From Candidatus Aldehydirespirator sp. (GTDB lineage: Bacteria; Actinomycetota; Acidimicrobiia; Acidimicrobiales; Aldehydirespiratoraceae), in the NCBI GenBank assembly GCA_965219165.1, contig CBDCMW010000002.1:422706-486705 (forward strand): a stretch of DNA of 64,000 nt, written 5' to 3'. The position numbers were made by a program, and so were the translations under genes. Each line of letters begins with the position of its first letter. Position 1 is the first letter of the stretch. Below the pieces are notes generated by a model that saw only the letters and a list, made by a program, of their open reading frames with translations, ran no database searches and was not told where the DNA came from. Shown here piece after piece: positions 61,942 to 64,000 of this stretch.

Positions 61942-63036
61942 GTGAACAGTCCCAGCCTGGCCTTCGACCCGGAGTGCGCGCTGCCCAACACTGCCTATCG
62001 GGATCAGGCGTTCCTCGCGGCCGAGATGGCCGGCATCTGGCGCGGCGACTGGGTATTCGTCACCACCGAGGACGCCGTCGCCGCGCCCGGCGACCAGCTT
62101 CCGGTCGTCATCGGCGACCAGCCGGTTCTGCTGCTGCGCAGCCAGGAGGGCGAACTGGTCGCCCTGTCGAACCTCTGCGCCCACCGGGGCACCCTGCTCG
62201 TCGAGCGACCGGCCAACGCCAAGCGCATCCAGTGTCCGTACCATGCCTGGACCTACAGAGACGACGGGCGGCTGGTCGCTGTGCCGTTCGCACCCAAGGA
62301 CGCCATTGACAAGGCCGCGCATTGCCTGCCTGTGTATCGGGTGGAGTCATGGCACGGCTTGATCTTCGTGAGCCTCGACTCCGATGTCGAGCCGCTCACA
62401 GAGCGCTTCGCGGCCGTCGAGCCCCATGTGGCCGCACGAGGGATCGACGAGATGCATCACCGGTCGGACCACCAGGAGGCGCATGTGTGGGACTGCAACT
62501 GGAAGCTCGCCATCTTGAACGCGATGGAGAGCTACCACCTGTTCCAGGTCCACCCCAGGACGCTCGAGCCGTACACGCCCACCAAGGACGCCTACTACAT
62601 CACGGGCTCGGCCCGGGCCACGGCCACAGGCGGCCGGAGCAAGGGCCAGGACGACTACCTGCTCGTCAGCCTGCCCCCCGGGTTCGTCGGCGTGTTCAGC
62701 GCGGGCAGCTTCGTCTGGCAGTCCGTGCACCCGATCGATGCCCACCGCTGCGCCGTGCGTACCGGCGGCGCCTTCGCCTCGCCTTCGCGCCGCCGCTCCG
62801 GCACCGGGTTCGTCGAGCGGATCACCCGGTCCGTCAGCGCGGCTGCGTACTCGCTGCTGGACTTCCTGCCAGAAGACAAGGCCATCTGCGAGCGGGGCCA
62901 GCGCGGTGCCATCGGCGATTTCGTGCCCGGCCGGCTTGTTCCCATGGAACGGGTCGTCGCCGACTTCGGCCACTACCTCAACTGGCGACTCAACAACGTC
63001 GAGCCGCCCGACGTCCACACGGAGATGAACCCATGA
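61942..63036 (+). CDS. Rieske [2Fe-2S] non-haem iron oxygenase alpha subunit (GbcA/CntA/stachydrine-demethylase-like)
   Basis: GTG 61942. Rieske motif CAHRG...CPYHAW. Catalytic-domain His pattern (NAMESYHLFQVH). Confidence 0.85.
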   Translation: MNSPSLAFDPECALPNTAYRDQAFLAAEMAGIWRGDWVFVTTEDAVAAPGDQLPVVIGDQPVLLLRSQEGELVALSNLCAHRGTLLVERPANAKRIQCPYHAWTYRDDGRLVAVPFAPKDAIDKAAHCLPVYRVESWHGLIFVSLDSDVEPLTERFAAVEPHVAARGIDEMHHRSDHQEAHVWDCNWKLAILNAMESYHLFQVHPRTLEPYTPTKDAYYITGSARATATGGRSKGQDDYLLVSLPPGFVGVFSAGSFVWQSVHPIDAHRCAVRTGGAFASPSRRRSGTGFVERITRSVSAAAYSLLDFLPEDKAICERGQRGAIGDFVPGRLVPMERVVADFGHYLNWRLNNVEPPDVHTEMNP

Positions 63037-63302
63037 TCCCCACCCGGAACGACTCGCGGCGGGCCGGTGCCGTCAGACTGTGGCCCACCTGGGTCGCTGT
63101 GACGGCGCTCTGGTCCTTGACCTTGACCAACCAGACCTGGGTCTACGCCCTGTTGTTCCTCGCATGGGGCGTCTACGACCTCGCCACCGGCGAGAGCAGC
63201 TTCATCCAGAGCGTCACCCGCCGCCAGCACCCGGTCACCTACTGGCTCGTCGTGTCGACCTGGATCGTGCTCGCCGCCCTGTGGATCGCCTACCCCGAAT
63301 AG
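63033..63302 (+). CDS. Small membrane protein (3 predicted TM), coupled to the Rieske oxygenase gene
   Basis: ATG 63033 overlaps the oxygenase stop (ATGA). 89 aa with hydrophobic helices. No family recognised. Confidence 0.45.
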   Translation: MIPTRNDSRRAGAVRLWPTWVAVTALWSLTLTNQTWVYALLFLAWGVYDLATGESSFIQSVTRRQHPVTYWLVVSTWIVLAALWIAYPE

Positions 63303-63460
63303 ATGCCAGCCAATAGCGGCCGGTGGGGTTGCATCGACCGGGCAGGGCAGGATCCTGGCTGTCGGCCATCCCGGCGCCCATAGGGGCAGCGCCGCAACTA
63401 TGCTTCCGGCTCGCCGCGGCCTGCCGACGCGGCGGGGTGCGGCGACATTCAGGAGGGGCC

Positions 63461-64000
63461 GTGACGCAAGAGGCGCGGTGCGTGATCATCGGCGGCGGGG
63501 CCATGGGCGTGGGCCTGCTGTACTACCTGGCCCATGAGGGCTGGACCGACACCATCCTGCTGGAGAAGGGCGAGCTGACCTCCGGGTCCACCTGGCACGC
63601 GGCCGGGCTGATCCCCAACTTCATCGGCGACCTGAACATGGCCAAGGTCCACGAGGAGGCGGTGGCCCTGTACCCCCGCCTGGAGGCCGAGACCGGGTTG
63701 TCGGCCGGCTGGCACGGCTGCGGCGCCATCCGGCTGGCCCGCACCGACGACGAGGTGGACTGGCACCGCTACGTGCACGCCATGCTCACCCAGGTCGGCA
63801 TCGAGTCGGATCTCATCGGCCTGTCCGAGATCCGCGAGCGCCATCCGCTGCTCGAGGACCTCAGCGACGTGAAGCTCGGGTTCTACACCCCCAACGACGG
63901 CTGGACCGACCCTTCGGGCTGCACCAACGCCATGGCCCGGGGCGCCCGCAACCAGGGCTGCGAGATCCGGCGCCACACAATGGTCACCGACATGAACCAG
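63461..64000 (+). CDS. FAD-dependent oxidoreductase, N-terminal part (dimethylglycine/sarcosine dehydrogenase-like; continues beyond window)
   Basis: GTG 63461 after AGGAGGGG. Hand translation VTQEARCVIIGGGAMGVGLLYYLAHEGW...GSTWHAAGL parallels the N-terminus of the 58411 gene. Open to the window end. Confidence 0.8.
   Translation, partial: MTQEARCVIIGGGAMGVGLLYYLAHEGWTDTILLEKGELTSGSTWHAAGLIPNFIGDLNMAKVHEEAVALYPRLEAETGLSAGWHGCGAIRLARTDDEVDWHRYVHAMLTQVGIESDLIGLSEIRERHPLLEDLSDVKLGFYTPNDGWTDPSGCTNAMARGARNQGCEIRRHTMVTDMNQ

Overview
High-GC (~70%) actinobacterial-type chromosome segment just downstream of the replication origin. It opens with dnaN (3' end)-recF-DUF721-gyrB-gyrA-(TadE-like)-DUF3566-tRNA-Ile. 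Next come metabolic genes: IMPase, FMN hydroxy-acid dehydrogenase, class-III aminotransferase, an orphan SBP lipoprotein, Pta-like, TetR, a Mo-bisPGD oxidoreductase with a fused FeS/membrane subunit, an amidohydrolase and a DUF385 reductase. A LysR-soxBDAG operon, a cytochrome c and pgi follow. A ~9-kb accessory island then carries a DUF4143 ATPase, a coupled unknown/PLD-nuclease/SF2-helicase operon and a DUF222-HNH gene. After it lie a two-module lipoprotein, YceI, and a minus-strand block thioesterase-proC-SAM hydrolase-hemA-hemC-hemD-hemB-hemL. The window ends in a methylated-amine/glycine-betaine region: GS-like gene, VapBC, glutamate-synthase-like trio, dimethylglycine oxidase, PaaX-like regulator, Rieske oxygenase and a second FAD oxidoreductase. 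Main second-look items: (1) the start/stop-overlapped three-gene nuclease-helicase operon, a candidate defence system I cannot place in a named family. (2) Three operon junctions (soxB/soxD, soxD/soxA, hemC/hemD) filled by short tandem units. Each unit encodes a mini-ORF whose start overlaps the previous stop and whose stop overlaps the next start, a MIRU-like 'relay' that keeps translational coupling at any copy number. (3) A dispersed ~50-130-bp repeat family seen at five places, twice supplying the C-terminal codons of ORFs. (4) An unusual signal-less molybdoenzyme with a fused FeS-membrane subunit. All calls rest on reading the sequence and the ORF translations. No database search was run. 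Many long antisense ORFs in the track are high-GC artefacts.
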